44,031 bases of DNA from a virus. Lineage: Duplodnaviria; Caudoviricetes. Position numbers and translations under genes: made by a program. The stretch covers positions 1-44,031 of the IMG/VR virus record IMGVR_UViG_3300017912_001862. One strand, written 5' to 3'. The notes beneath the pieces were generated by a model. The model saw only the letters and a list, made by a program, of their open reading frames with translations, was not told the DNA's origin and searched no databases. Below, in pieces: positions 18,360 to 27,633 of the stretch (the first letter of the stretch is position 1; the number at the start of each line of letters is the position of its first letter).

Positions 18360-19303
18360 TTGAATTCACAACTCATCATAATTTCAGTTAGACATGCCAA
18401 GAGATTGATCTCTTGGTCAGCAACAAAAGCAATCTGATATTGATACTTAGCAATAATCAAAACTGCTTCTGGAATAGATGCTCCCTTGAGTTTGTCATAG
18501 AGTACATCATAGAGTTTTCTCATCACTGTTGTAGGATCGTTATTGATATTATCAACAACCCATTTACGAACAACAGTAAACTCTTTATTCTTCAACGAAG
18601 CAACCAAACTGTCAATATTGACATCAGCCACATCAGCAAGAATAGCAGAGTTGATTGCGCCAGAGGCAGCATAACGCTGACACTCATTAATAAGACGACG
18701 CCAATCAGGATAATATCTCTTGACAACTTTAGCGAGAACCTTGTCCTCGTATTTAACTTTCTGTTCATCCAAGATCTCCTTCAATCGAACGAAAAACTGT
18801 CCCTGAAGTTGTACAGCAGAGTCACCGTTGATCTTGAAATCAATCACAGTACAGCGACTGTGGAGTGGTTCGATGATTTTGTTAGGGAAGTTACATGTAA
18901 AAATAAATCTACAGTTATTATGAAACTCTTCTACAGCGGTCCTGAGAGACAGTTGAACATCGTTAGTAGTGTTGTCTGCCTCATCGATAATGACCACCTT
19001 ATGAGCGCCACCAGAGGTCAAGGAGACTGTTGTAGCGAACTGCCTGACTCGGTTCCTCACCGTGTCTAGGAAACGACCCTCGTCGGATCCGTTGATGACG
19101 ATGTAGGAAGCACCGATCTCTTCACACAATGCCTTGGCAACTGTAGTCTTTCCAATACCAGCAGTTCCAGCAAGAAGCAGGTTAGGAATCTCCCCCTGTT
19201 CTACAAATCCATGGAAAGACTTTTTGATATTCTCTGGAAGGATACAGTCAGCAATTTTAGTGGGACGATACTGTTCAACCCAAAGAAATTTTTTCATAAT
19301 CAA
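18356..19303 (-). CDS. gp44: Clamp loader large subunit (T4 gp44)
   Basis: WVEQYRP, GTAGIGKTT, IIDEAD, LHSRC. Confidence 0.96.
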   Translation of the reverse strand: MIMKKFLWVEQYRPTKIADCILPENIKKSFHGFVEQGEIPNLLLAGTAGIGKTTVAKALCEEIGASYIVINGSDEGRFLDTVRNRVRQFATTVSLTSGGAHKVVIIDEADNTTNDVQLSLRTAVEEFHNNCRFIFTCNFPNKIIEPLHSRCTVIDFKINGDSAVQLQGQFFVRLKEILDEQKVKYEDKVLAKVVKRYYPDWRRLINECQRYAASGAINSAILADVADVNIDSLVASLKNKEFTVVRKWVVDNINNDPTTVMRKLYDVLYDKLKGASIPEAVLIIAKYQYQIAFVADQEINLLACLTEIMMSCEFK

Positions 19304-19965
19304 GGCTCAAGAGCAATATAGTATACAAGATCGAGAGACTGATGTCGCCACTCGGTAATCAATTTGTTAGACACTTTGACAATATAATCTCCAGGAAGCA
19401 ACCTGAGATTTTCAACTTTCATAAACAGTTCATAGTTTCCAGTAGATACTGCTTTGACTTCTTGGGAGTAAGCATTGGCAGTATCGTTTTCTTTGTCACA
19501 AAGGTTAAGAGAAACTAAGTTTTCACTTGACACAATTGACATGTCTGGCAATCCATAAACTCCAGATGCTTTCTGAAGTTGATGTAAGTCAGCAGCTGGA
19601 AGAACAAACTCAACATCAGCACCAGGAAATCTAACGTCACGTTCTGGAGCAGACTTCAAAGTGATGTCTGGATCGGAAAAGTAATACTTAGCAGAACGTT
19701 GACCACCACGAATAGTTACATACTCTTCATTGTCAAAATACAAAGCAGGATTATGAAATAGACTCAATCCCAAAAGAAACTGACCTAGATCATAAATGCC
19801 ACATGTTTTAGGAAACTTTTCGTTACAGGTATATTGAGCAATCATGTTTTCACCAACGCTGATTGTCTTCAACACATTACCCTCACGAATCATAATAGAT
19901 CCGTTGATCGTAGAAAAGTTCTTTAGAACATCAGTGGTTTCTTGGGAAAGTGTAATATTACTCAT
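19300..19965 (-). CDS. gp45: Sliding clamp (T4 gp45)
   Basis: LKNFSTIN, GIYDLGQFL, YYIALEP; synteny. Confidence 0.95.
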   Translation of the reverse strand: MSNITLSQETTDVLKNFSTINGSIMIREGNVLKTISVGENMIAQYTCNEKFPKTCGIYDLGQFLLGLSLFHNPALYFDNEEYVTIRGGQRSAKYYFSDPDITLKSAPERDVRFPGADVEFVLPAADLHQLQKASGVYGLPDMSIVSSENLVSLNLCDKENDTANAYSQEVKAVSTGNYELFMKVENLRLLPGDYIVKVSNKLITEWRHQSLDLVYYIALEP

Positions 19966-20252
19966 CGATTAGGGTACTCCTCACGGGTGTTAGTTTTGTC
20001 ACTGAAGTGAAGAAGAAGCAAAGCGTAGTGAAGGATCTTAATGATATCACGACGGGCAGTGCCTTTCTTATCATAGCGTGAAGCATACTTCAGGATGTTA
20101 CTTCGGCAGAATGCTTCGGCATCTCCACATGCTTCAATCAAATCCAACGTTTGAATGCTGTTGTTGCCAGCAGAGTAATGTTGATTGTATGTTCCAGTAA
20201 CGTAATCACGGAGCTCTTTAAGGAGCTCTTCTTCATTATATTTGAAAGTCAT
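19962..20252 (-). CDS. DUF3310-like hypothetical protein
   Basis: TYNQHY..FCRSNILKYASRYDKKG..DIIKILHY; start moved to ATG 20252. Confidence 0.7.
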   Translation of the reverse strand: MTFKYNEEELLKELRDYVTGTYNQHYSAGNNSIQTLDLIEACGDAEAFCRSNILKYASRYDKKGTARRDIIKILHYALLLLHFSDKTNTREEYPNR

Positions 20253-20253
20253 A

Positions 20254-20418
20254 TTATTCAGAAAATACGGTCTCCAATTGATCATGATAGCACTCAATGA
20301 CTTTACCGTCAACTGTTTGAACATAAAGTTTGAGACCTTCACCATCAAGGATTTTTACAGATCGCCCATCTTTAAGACGGGCGATATTGCCACGGTAACC
20401 GTGAAACTCATTCGTCAT
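20254..20418 (-). CDS. 54-aa hypothetical protein
   Basis: MTNEFHGYRGNIARLKDG...; GGAGG SD at 20425-20429. Confidence 0.7.
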   Translation of the reverse strand: MTNEFHGYRGNIARLKDGRSVKILDGEGLKLYVQTVDGKVIECYHDQLETVFSE

Positions 20419-21469
20419 TAGACACCTCCACTTTGTCGTCGATTTTTTGATAGAGAGAAAGGAATGATTCCTTGGTTTCATCATCGAAACGATTGACACA
20501 AGATTCAATTGCCTTCATTCGCTTACCGAAAATCTTGAAAGCATTGACAATATGTACTAGACGACGGGTGCTGATAATTTCATCAATACCACCTTCATTA
20601 AAGGTCTTACGAATGATGTCTGCCCAGTCAACCAAACGAGTCACGAACTCTTCGTCGTTACAGATTTTACTGAGAATCTTTGCTTCAACAGCAGGAGTAG
20701 GATACTCTTGCTCAAAAGTCATGGCGAAACGCTCAAGGAATGCTTCGTTGAGAACGTTGGTGCCAATGAAACGACCATCATCAGAACCCTTGCCCTTGGT
20801 GTTGGCAGTGGCGATGATGTTGAAACCAGAAGTAGGTTGAACATAGCGACCAGTCTTTTTCAGGAAGACACCCTTACCTTCAAGGATGCTCTGGAGACAC
20901 ATGATCTTATTAGATGCTAGGTCAACTTCGTCTAGAAGCAGCACAGCTCCCCGTTCCAAAGCTTCGATGACTGGTCCATTGTGCCAAACAGTGTTACCAT
21001 CAATAAGACGGAAACCACCAATAAGATCATCTTCGTCAGTTTCAATGGTAATATTCACACGAATCAACTCTCTATTTAGAGCAGCACATGCTTGCTCAAC
21101 AGAGAAAGTCTTGCCATTGCCAGACATACCAGTGATGAACACAGGATAGAAGATGCCAGAATTAATGATCTTCTTTACGTCAGAAAAGTTACCGAAAGGG
21201 ACAAAGGTGTCATCTTTCTGGGGAACAAGGTTTTGATGTTCCCGAGAGGGGGCAACCATCTCTTCTAGTTGCTCCCGTGCTTCTTCAATGGTCAGGTTCC
21301 ACTTGCCACGACCAATCTTGTAAGGTTCCATACGTTTAGTAGCAGTAGCATACGTGACGTTGAATTCACGACAGGCAGCACGAACATGCTCAGCAGTAAT
21401 TTCATTACCAAAATTTTCGGACAAGTAAGAAGCGAGTTGAGAAGTGGTGAGATCAGACTTGGCAGGCAT
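20408..21469 (-). CDS. cobS: MoxR/CobS-like AAA+ ATPase (the cyanophage 'cobS')
   Basis: GMSGNGKT, LLLDEVD, ATANTKGKG, NEAFLERF. Confidence 0.9.
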   Translation of the reverse strand: MPAKSDLTTSQLASYLSENFGNEITAEHVRAACREFNVTYATATKRMEPYKIGRGKWNLTIEEAREQLEEMVAPSREHQNLVPQKDDTFVPFGNFSDVKKIINSGIFYPVFITGMSGNGKTFSVEQACAALNRELIRVNITIETDEDDLIGGFRLIDGNTVWHNGPVIEALERGAVLLLDEVDLASNKIMCLQSILEGKGVFLKKTGRYVQPTSGFNIIATANTKGKGSDDGRFIGTNVLNEAFLERFAMTFEQEYPTPAVEAKILSKICNDEEFVTRLVDWADIIRKTFNEGGIDEIISTRRLVHIVNAFKIFGKRMKAIESCVNRFDDETKESFLSLYQKIDDKVEVSNDE

Positions 21470-21492
21470 CGGTTGATTTCGTTGATGTAGTT

Positions 21493-21536
21493 ATTGTAGG
21501 GCAGAGTGGGGCAGAGTCAGGGGCAGAGTGGACAGT
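21493..21536 (-). promoter_or_regulatory. Early promoter containing three ACTCTGCCC direct repeats
   Basis: CTGACT-N16-TACAAT; repeats at 21499-21507, 21509-21517 and 21521-21529. Confidence 0.65.
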
Positions 21537-23687
21537 TCAAGAAATGACTGTGGCGAAAGAGGACAGGATCTTTTTGTTGACAGTTTTGTTCTTGAGCATG
21601 GAACGGAAGGACTTACTGATAGCAGTTTTCTTAGCACCTTGCTCAACATCAAATTCAGTGCTAGCAGAAAGAGTGGTGTTGGAGATCATGTACAGAGAAT
21701 CATATCCAACGTTCTGATTGAACACCCAGTTCTTCTGCTTCCTCCACTGCTTGATAATGTCTTCAGACCAGTTCGTATATCCCTGAGAAGAACGATGGAG
21801 ATATCCAAAGTCATTGCCATTACCAATTCGGAACCCAATCAGATTGACTTGAGGGAAGTTATCTTTAAGGTTTTCCAGCAAGATAGTAGTAACACCATCC
21901 TTAACACTGTCATCGAAGTGGCGGTAAACTCGTCCCAATTTACGATCACGAATGTGACAGTTTCGTCCACCTGAACGATTGCCAATGTAACCACCTTCCA
22001 TCACCACATTGTAATTAACGTTAGCAGACTCACCGTCAGTGAGAATACAGACGCTCACTTTCTGTGTCTTGGTGTTACGTTGGAACTGGGGAATGATTTT
22101 GTGGAGAGCAATGATGCTGTCATTCAAAGGAGTACCAGACAACTCCAGACCCAAAGGAATGTTGTACATAACACTAGAAGTAGTGTAGTACCTAGCGAGA
22201 CGGAAAAGATTCCGACAAGCAGCATCCAGGTCCTTACTATTTACAGTAGACGTGAGCAAATTAAGGAGACCAAATCGCTTATGTGGGGAAAGCGTGTTAT
22301 GAGAAGGAGTGTGACAATACTCAAGTTGAGAATAAGCAACATCTTCATCGTAACTATCTCCCCCAAGGAAAGCATTGTTCCACTCATAAGTGAAAGCATA
22401 AACTTCAAAAGGAATCTGGACTTTCTTACAGAACCACACAAGGTTCATCAGCTGCTTAATAGTATCCATCAGGTACGTACTCATGGAACCAGACCAATCA
22501 AGGACAAAGATCATGCCATGATTCTTACCGTCAGGAAGGACGGCAATCTTCTTGAAGATATCATCATTGTACTTGTAGGTATGGAGTTTAGTGGTATCAA
22601 GCACACCAGTTTTAGATTGTCCTGCCCGAGCATAGGAGTCGGCAGACTTTCTCATCTCAAATTCTTTGACGAGGTAGTTTACTTCTTTCTGAGCACTCTT
22701 CTTGAAATCTTTGTAGTCACTATCAGATCCCTCATAGATATCACCCCAGTGCTCACGACGTGCTTCTGCTACTTTGTCGAAGAAGTTGTTCATGTAAGGA
22801 AACAAGTCACTAAACTTGGCGACTATTTTGTCAATATCAAGATCTTTGGGGAGTTCCAGATAAACAGGATCAACATTATATTTGTGATCGACATTTAACT
22901 CTTCAGCAGCTTCATCAAAAGCACGCTGAGTTTTTGACTTCTCTTCATTATACTCACCCCCAGTAGGAGAACTATCATCGACCTCGCTTTCTTGTGGTTG
23001 CTCACCATCATCTCCCGATTCAGGAGAGTCTGAAGCAGAGTCATCTTGCTTCTGTTCTTCAGCATCTTCGCTGGTAGAAACTTTGCTGGTCTCACCAGTG
23101 CCTTCTTGTGCTTGAGCAGGAACTTCTGCCTGCTGCTTCTCTTCTTCTTTCTTCTTAACGTAAGCACAGATCTCACGACAGACTACCAAGACATCATCAA
23201 AGGTCTCACAGTCAGCAACCTTATTTACCAGTTCAGTTTCAATTCCTTCGGAGATAGGAATCCGAGCATAGGCACCAATTTTAAAGTGAAGATTGATACG
23301 ATCAATAAACGACAGTTCTTCTACAGCGTCATCAGCAATACCAAAGAAGTCCTGGTCATTCAGTTCCTGATATCCGTTGTAAAAATCTTTAGAGAGTCCA
23401 GCGTACTTACGCTTCATCAATTTCTCAATACGAGCATCCTCAACAACATTGATGAAATCTTTAGGTACATCAAAGTCCCACTTATCAGAAGGAGTGAACA
23501 AGGCGTGTCCGACTTCGTGTCCCACCAGAAGATCATAGACGGTACTGGATGCCTTGTCCCAGCGAGGAAGAGTAAGCACACGACGAAGCACATCAAAACT
23601 AGCAGTGCTGACCTGACGGTGTTCGACAACAAGGTTTTCTGTAGCGAGCAGTCGTGCCAAATTGCCCCTGACTTCTTGGTTAAGCAT
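21537..23687 (-). CDS. HExxH domain plus VWA domain protein (CobT-like partner of the AAA+ ATPase)
   Basis: GHEVGHAL, NVVEDARIE, acidic linker, MIDAS LDWSGS..GTPL..ILTDGE; likely start ATG 23687, but the frame is open to 23918. Confidence 0.85.
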   Translation of the reverse strand: MLNQEVRGNLARLLATENLVVEHRQVSTASFDVLRRVLTLPRWDKASSTVYDLLVGHEVGHALFTPSDKWDFDVPKDFINVVEDARIEKLMKRKYAGLSKDFYNGYQELNDQDFFGIADDAVEELSFIDRINLHFKIGAYARIPISEGIETELVNKVADCETFDDVLVVCREICAYVKKKEEEKQQAEVPAQAQEGTGETSKVSTSEDAEEQKQDDSASDSPESGDDGEQPQESEVDDSSPTGGEYNEEKSKTQRAFDEAAEELNVDHKYNVDPVYLELPKDLDIDKIVAKFSDLFPYMNNFFDKVAEARREHWGDIYEGSDSDYKDFKKSAQKEVNYLVKEFEMRKSADSYARAGQSKTGVLDTTKLHTYKYNDDIFKKIAVLPDGKNHGMIFVLDWSGSMSTYLMDTIKQLMNLVWFCKKVQIPFEVYAFTYEWNNAFLGGDSYDEDVAYSQLEYCHTPSHNTLSPHKRFGLLNLLTSTVNSKDLDAACRNLFRLARYYTTSSVMYNIPLGLELSGTPLNDSIIALHKIIPQFQRNTKTQKVSVCILTDGESANVNYNVVMEGGYIGNRSGGRNCHIRDRKLGRVYRHFDDSVKDGVTTILLENLKDNFPQVNLIGFRIGNGNDFGYLHRSSQGYTNWSEDIIKQWRKQKNWVFNQNVGYDSLYMISNTTLSASTEFDVEQGAKKTAISKSFRSMLKNKTVNKKILSSFATVIS

Positions 23688-23718
23688 TGAACTCTCTCTG
23701 TGTGTCCACATACTATAA

Positions 23719-23742
23719 GACCCCTGGCGTTTGCCAGAGGTC
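23719..23742 (-). other. 10-bp hairpin adjacent to a TATAGT box upstream of the VWA gene
   Basis: GACCTCTGGC-AAAC-GCCAGGGGTC followed by TTATAGT. Confidence 0.6.
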
Positions 23743-23802
23743 ATCTGTAGACGGTTTTTCAACTGGGCCCGACGAGCTCTTGCTTGTCGTAACGCCTGTG
23801 GT

Positions 23803-23946
23803 TTAAGTTTTCTTTTTTGGTCCTTCTTTGAGTGGTGTTGCCAGTTTGGGACTTGTGCCATGGAGTTTCTCCAATGCTGCTTGTAGTTCAGGACTATCAT
23901 CATACTCCCATGTATCACCAGATTTCACAACAATTGTTTTTTTCAT
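23803..23946 (-). CDS. 47-aa hypothetical late protein (not in the ORF track)
   Basis: MKKTIVVKSGDTWEYDDSPELQAALEKLHG...; GAGG SD at 23956-23959, CTAAATA at 23972-23978. Confidence 0.6.
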   Translation of the reverse strand: MKKTIVVKSGDTWEYDDSPELQAALEKLHGTSPKLATPLKEGPKKKT

Positions 23947-23979
23947 AAGAATATACCTCAAGGAGTAAAATTATTTAGT

Positions 23980-25710
23980 TCAATCAGTTTCGGATTGTGA
24001 TTCTTCACTAACACTAAAGTTTTTAACTTTCTGGAATTTTATTGTACGATCAAATTTTCCTTCAAGATTTTCTTTGTGACTGATAACAAATATATTTGTG
24101 CTGCTATCAAAGTTTCTAAGAATCCACCCCAGGTCAGATGTGCCAGATTGATCCAACGATCCGTCAAATATCTCATCTAGAATAAGGAGATTAGTATCGA
24201 CGCTATTCTTAAGCTTAGCAATATTTCTCCAAGTAAGCAGAAGAGCAAGATCAATACGAGATTTTTCTCCTTCACTGAAGGATTCGTAAGAAAAAATATC
24301 TCGGTATCTAGATTTAATAGTTTCCTCAAAGTTTTCATTAAGAGTAAAGTTTACATAAAAATCCATCTTCCTTAGATATTCACCGATCACTCGGTTCATG
24401 ACAGGTAGATAACGTTTAATGATTTTACTCTTGATACCATTATCTTTGAGCAATTGTGAAGCAACTGTTAATGTATCTTTATCTTTTTTAGATGACAGAA
24501 AGTTTTCATTAGTCTTTTTCTTTTCATCGACCATAGCAGTAAGCTTCTCCAACTCTGCTTTCTTACTACTTGTAGGAGACTGAAGTTCTTCAATTTCCAT
24601 CTCACGATCTCCAATCTGTTGATCGAGGGAAGTAATCTCGTAGTTCAATTGACTGATGACAGAATTAGTTTTAACAATTTTTTCAGAAAGTTCTATGAAC
24701 TTTGTCTCACGCTTTTCTTCGTGTTCAATAGACTTTTCGAGATCTGTAAATCCTTTCTCTAAAGTCAGTAATTCTTTGTCACCCTCATTAATTTTTTGAT
24801 CTCGGAAGTCTTGACCAATTTCTTGTGTACAGGTGGGACACACATGATTGTTAATAAAAAACTCAGTCTCTTTTTTACAGGTATTAATCTTTTGCTGGAT
24901 TTTTACACGAAAGGTATTAAGTTGCTTGAGTTTCTTTTTATTATCAGCAAGAGTTTTTAACTCAATATTATAGTTAGAAAGAATATCATTTTGATTAGCA
25001 ATATTCGTAAATGCTATTTTTTTATCATCTTTCAAAGTTTCGATAATTGCTTCTTTCTTTTCAACTTCAGACTTAGTTTTCTTTTCTAGTTCAAACATGA
25101 AAGATTTTTGTAATTCAATCTTATCATTTACTGTCTTCAACTCATACTGAAGATCTCTAAGAACATCATTGTTTTCTCTAACCTTATCTTTCAACAAAGT
25201 ATTCATAACAGAAAAGATTTGAATGTCCAGAATGTCTTCAATAATTTCACGACGTGCTGCTACTGGCAGTCTCATGAAAGGAACAAACGTAGATGACCCC
25301 AACACAACAATCTGTGTAAAGGATTTATAATTCATCTTAAGAACATTCTGTTCAAGTTGTTTCTGTTGATCTACAACAGAAGCTTCTTGATTCAAAATTT
25401 GATTGTTACAATAGATCTCAAACTTAGAAGGTTTTATAGAACGTACAATTTTATATTCTGTTTTACCAACATCAAATTCAACTTCTACAACACAATCTTT
25501 TTCATTGACGCTGTTAACCAGCATAGGTTTGTTGATCTTACGAAACGGTTTTCCAAACAAAGAAAACGTCAACGCATCAAGAACAGTGCTTTTGCCAGCA
25601 CCATTAGCACCAATAATTAAATTTGTTTTATGGGAAAGAAAGTCAACTTCAGTAAACACATTTCCCGTCGAAAGAAAGTTTTTCCAACGGATTTTTTTAA
25701 ATGTAATCAT
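23980..25710 (-). CDS. gp46: Rad50/SbcC-like recombination ATPase (T4 gp46)
   Basis: GANGAGKS, Zn hook CPTC, FSEGEK, LILDEIFD. Confidence 0.97.
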   Translation of the reverse strand: MITFKKIRWKNFLSTGNVFTEVDFLSHKTNLIIGANGAGKSTVLDALTFSLFGKPFRKINKPMLVNSVNEKDCVVEVEFDVGKTEYKIVRSIKPSKFEIYCNNQILNQEASVVDQQKQLEQNVLKMNYKSFTQIVVLGSSTFVPFMRLPVAARREIIEDILDIQIFSVMNTLLKDKVRENNDVLRDLQYELKTVNDKIELQKSFMFELEKKTKSEVEKKEAIIETLKDDKKIAFTNIANQNDILSNYNIELKTLADNKKKLKQLNTFRVKIQQKINTCKKETEFFINNHVCPTCTQEIGQDFRDQKINEGDKELLTLEKGFTDLEKSIEHEEKRETKFIELSEKIVKTNSVISQLNYEITSLDQQIGDREMEIEELQSPTSSKKAELEKLTAMVDEKKKTNENFLSSKKDKDTLTVASQLLKDNGIKSKIIKRYLPVMNRVIGEYLRKMDFYVNFTLNENFEETIKSRYRDIFSYESFSEGEKSRIDLALLLTWRNIAKLKNSVDTNLLILDEIFDGSLDQSGTSDLGWILRNFDSSTNIFVISHKENLEGKFDRTIKFQKVKNFSVSEESQSETD

Positions 25711-25973
25711 TCTATATCTTTCGGCGGGATAAGGAAATCGTCTTTGGTAATTATAGCATATTTGTGGAATCTTTCCTCACATGCTGTGACAATAATTTCT
25801 CTGTCTATTTCCACAACCTGTAAAGGAGGACTGTCCTCCTCTTCCACTGTCATCATTATGTTGTAACGTTCAGCATCATCCTCACTCTCAAAAATAGGAA
25901 TGACTCTATCTCCATCATCACTAAGAACAGAGAAGACACCATCTGGTTTTTGTTCTAGAGTAAGGATAAACAT
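25707..25973 (-). CDS. DUF3110-like hypothetical protein
   Basis: IPIFESEDDAERY..LQVVEID. Confidence 0.65.
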   Translation of the reverse strand: MFILTLEQKPDGVFSVLSDDGDRVIPIFESEDDAERYNIMMTVEEEDSPPLQVVEIDREIIVTACEERFHKYAIITKDDFLIPPKDIE

Positions 25974-27019
25974 TACACCATTTCACAACTTTCAATATAT
26001 AGTGATCTCATAAGATTTTTAAGTTCGGTTTTGTCTACAGACACATCGATGTCATCAACATATTCATTAAGAAGTGTAATTGTATCTTTTATTTCAAGAT
26101 TAGATTCTTCATCAGAATTTTCTTCTACAAATGTTTCTACAATTTTTACATCATGTGCTCCAACATCATAAAGAGATTCGACAACTCTTTCAAATTCAGC
26201 ATAGTTTTGTTTCTGTTCAACAACTAACTTGACATAGGTGTCTTTATAAATCTCTGGATCTACAATGTGTTTTCTAATAGCAACATCATTGTAGTAAAGT
26301 TTCTGGAAGATTTGAAAAGGATTCTTGATCCATTCTAGTTTATTCGTAGAAGGTTCATAAAGATGAAATCCACGATCATCCTTATAATCATTCCAGAACA
26401 TCTGGTAGGGATTACCAAGGTATGTGATATTACCTTTGCTTGATTTGTGATGGTAATGTCCAGAAAAAACTTGTTTAAACCTACTAAAGATTTTTGGATC
26501 TAAACCATGATCCATCAAAAATCCTGGGTTCATTTCAAATCCAGACAGTTCGAGGTGCCCCATGACGATCTCGGCATTCGTGCCTTCAAGATGCGAAAAC
26601 GTTTCTTCTTGGTTTTCTTTATTAATCCAGGGGACGAGACAAATTTCAGTACCGTCAATGTTAACTGTATTAACTCCAGTGTAAACCGATATATTCTCAT
26701 AATCATCTAGAAGCAATTCAGGTGAGTTGATAGAATTAGTATTCTTATAATAAACACAATGGTTTCCCAAAATCATGTGGACAGTGATGCCCATGCTAGC
26801 CAAGCGATCAAAATAAGACCGACGAATCCTACTCCAAACATTAAAATCAATGCTCTTCCTGTTGTCAAATGTATCCCCGAGATCAATGATTGTCTTGATT
26901 CCTCGTTTTTCAAGAGTTGGGAAAAAAACTTCGTCATAAAATTTCTCAAAATAATTCCAAAAAGTAAGACTACCTTTTCTGCCGTCTAAATGTTGATCCG
27001 TAATAAGTGCTACAGTCAT
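25973..27019 (-). CDS. gp47: Mre11/SbcD-like nuclease (T4 gp47)
   Basis: ITDQH, LGDTFD, LGNH, SGHYH. Confidence 0.96.
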   Translation of the reverse strand: MTVALITDQHLDGRKGSLTFWNYFEKFYDEVFFPTLEKRGIKTIIDLGDTFDNRKSIDFNVWSRIRRSYFDRLASMGITVHMILGNHCVYYKNTNSINSPELLLDDYENISVYTGVNTVNIDGTEICLVPWINKENQEETFSHLEGTNAEIVMGHLELSGFEMNPGFLMDHGLDPKIFSRFKQVFSGHYHHKSSKGNITYLGNPYQMFWNDYKDDRGFHLYEPSTNKLEWIKNPFQIFQKLYYNDVAIRKHIVDPEIYKDTYVKLVVEQKQNYAEFERVVESLYDVGAHDVKIVETFVEENSDEESNLEIKDTITLLNEYVDDIDVSVDKTELKNLMRSLYIESCEMV

Positions 27020-27507
27020 CGATTCATTCTAATTTCAATATTTTCTTTAATACTACCCATATCAGAATAACTAGAATTCATGCCAGACATGTCACCATCA
27101 TAAGTGTCTGTGTGCATAACGTGATCAAATCCAGTCTTCTCCAAGATCTTTTGTTTGATATCATTTTGACGTTTCTCTTTCTGAATACGACGAAGAAAGG
27201 CGTAGTAAATAATTTGAGTAAAATAAGCAAACGGGTTTTTAGATTTTTCTGGATCAAAGTTATTGATATACTGAACACAGTTTTCAACACCATCTGAAAT
27301 CATGTCTTCACGAAAAGTGTAATTCACAAAGTTGGGTTTATAAGAAAGATGGGTAGCAATCTTCAAAAAACAATCTCCAATGTAATGTGGGATACGAGGA
27401 GGAGTTTTCCCAGTTTCTTCTGCTAATTTTACTTTGTTTTTGAAGACAGTGATTGCTTCCAGAAAATCTTTGTTATTGACGTAATACTCTGTGTTCTTTT
27501 TTGACAT
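27016..27507 (-). CDS. gp55: Late-transcription sigma factor (T4 gp55)
   Basis: YVNNKDF, PNFVNYTFREDMISDG, NPFAYFTQIIYYAFLRRI. Confidence 0.97.
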   Translation of the reverse strand: MSKKNTEYYVNNKDFLEAITVFKNKVKLAEETGKTPPRIPHYIGDCFLKIATHLSYKPNFVNYTFREDMISDGVENCVQYINNFDPEKSKNPFAYFTQIIYYAFLRRIQKEKRQNDIKQKILEKTGFDHVMHTDTYDGDMSGMNSSYSDMGSIKENIEIRMNR

Positions 27508-27539
27508 AGGACATGTTACTGTTTGCTTATCATGATCTT

Positions 27540-27568
27540 AGTATAGTTCAACAAGGTTGTTATGTCAA
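27540..27568 (-). promoter_or_regulatory. Sigma70 early promoter for gp55
   Basis: TTGACA-N17-TATACT. Confidence 0.85.
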
Positions 27569-27570
27569 GC

Positions 27571-27599
27571 TTGACAAATCCTCAGAAACTCAGTAGAAT
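27571..27599 (+). promoter_or_regulatory. Divergent (antisense) sigma70 promoter
   Basis: TTGACA-N17-TAGAAT on the + strand. Confidence 0.65.
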
Positions 27600-27633
27600 A
27601 ACTCTGTCAGGGTTCAAAGGAAATAATAGCTAA

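Noticed and set aside
21499-21531. CRISPR-like array or G-quadruplex in the GGGCAGAGT repeats
   Set aside because: Only three 9-bp units with no spacers, and only three G3+ tracts
7008-23690. Long plus-strand ORFs (e.g. 7008-7553, 13165-13695, 18413-19069, 22080-22898, 23046-23690)
   Set aside because: Antisense shadows of well-supported minus-strand genes, with no recognisable motifs
23812-23818. In-frame A_AAA_AAG at the end of the 47-aa ORF
   Set aside because: The -1 frame stops after about 18 codons and the VWA-frame ORF is in the +1 register, so no meaningful fusion results
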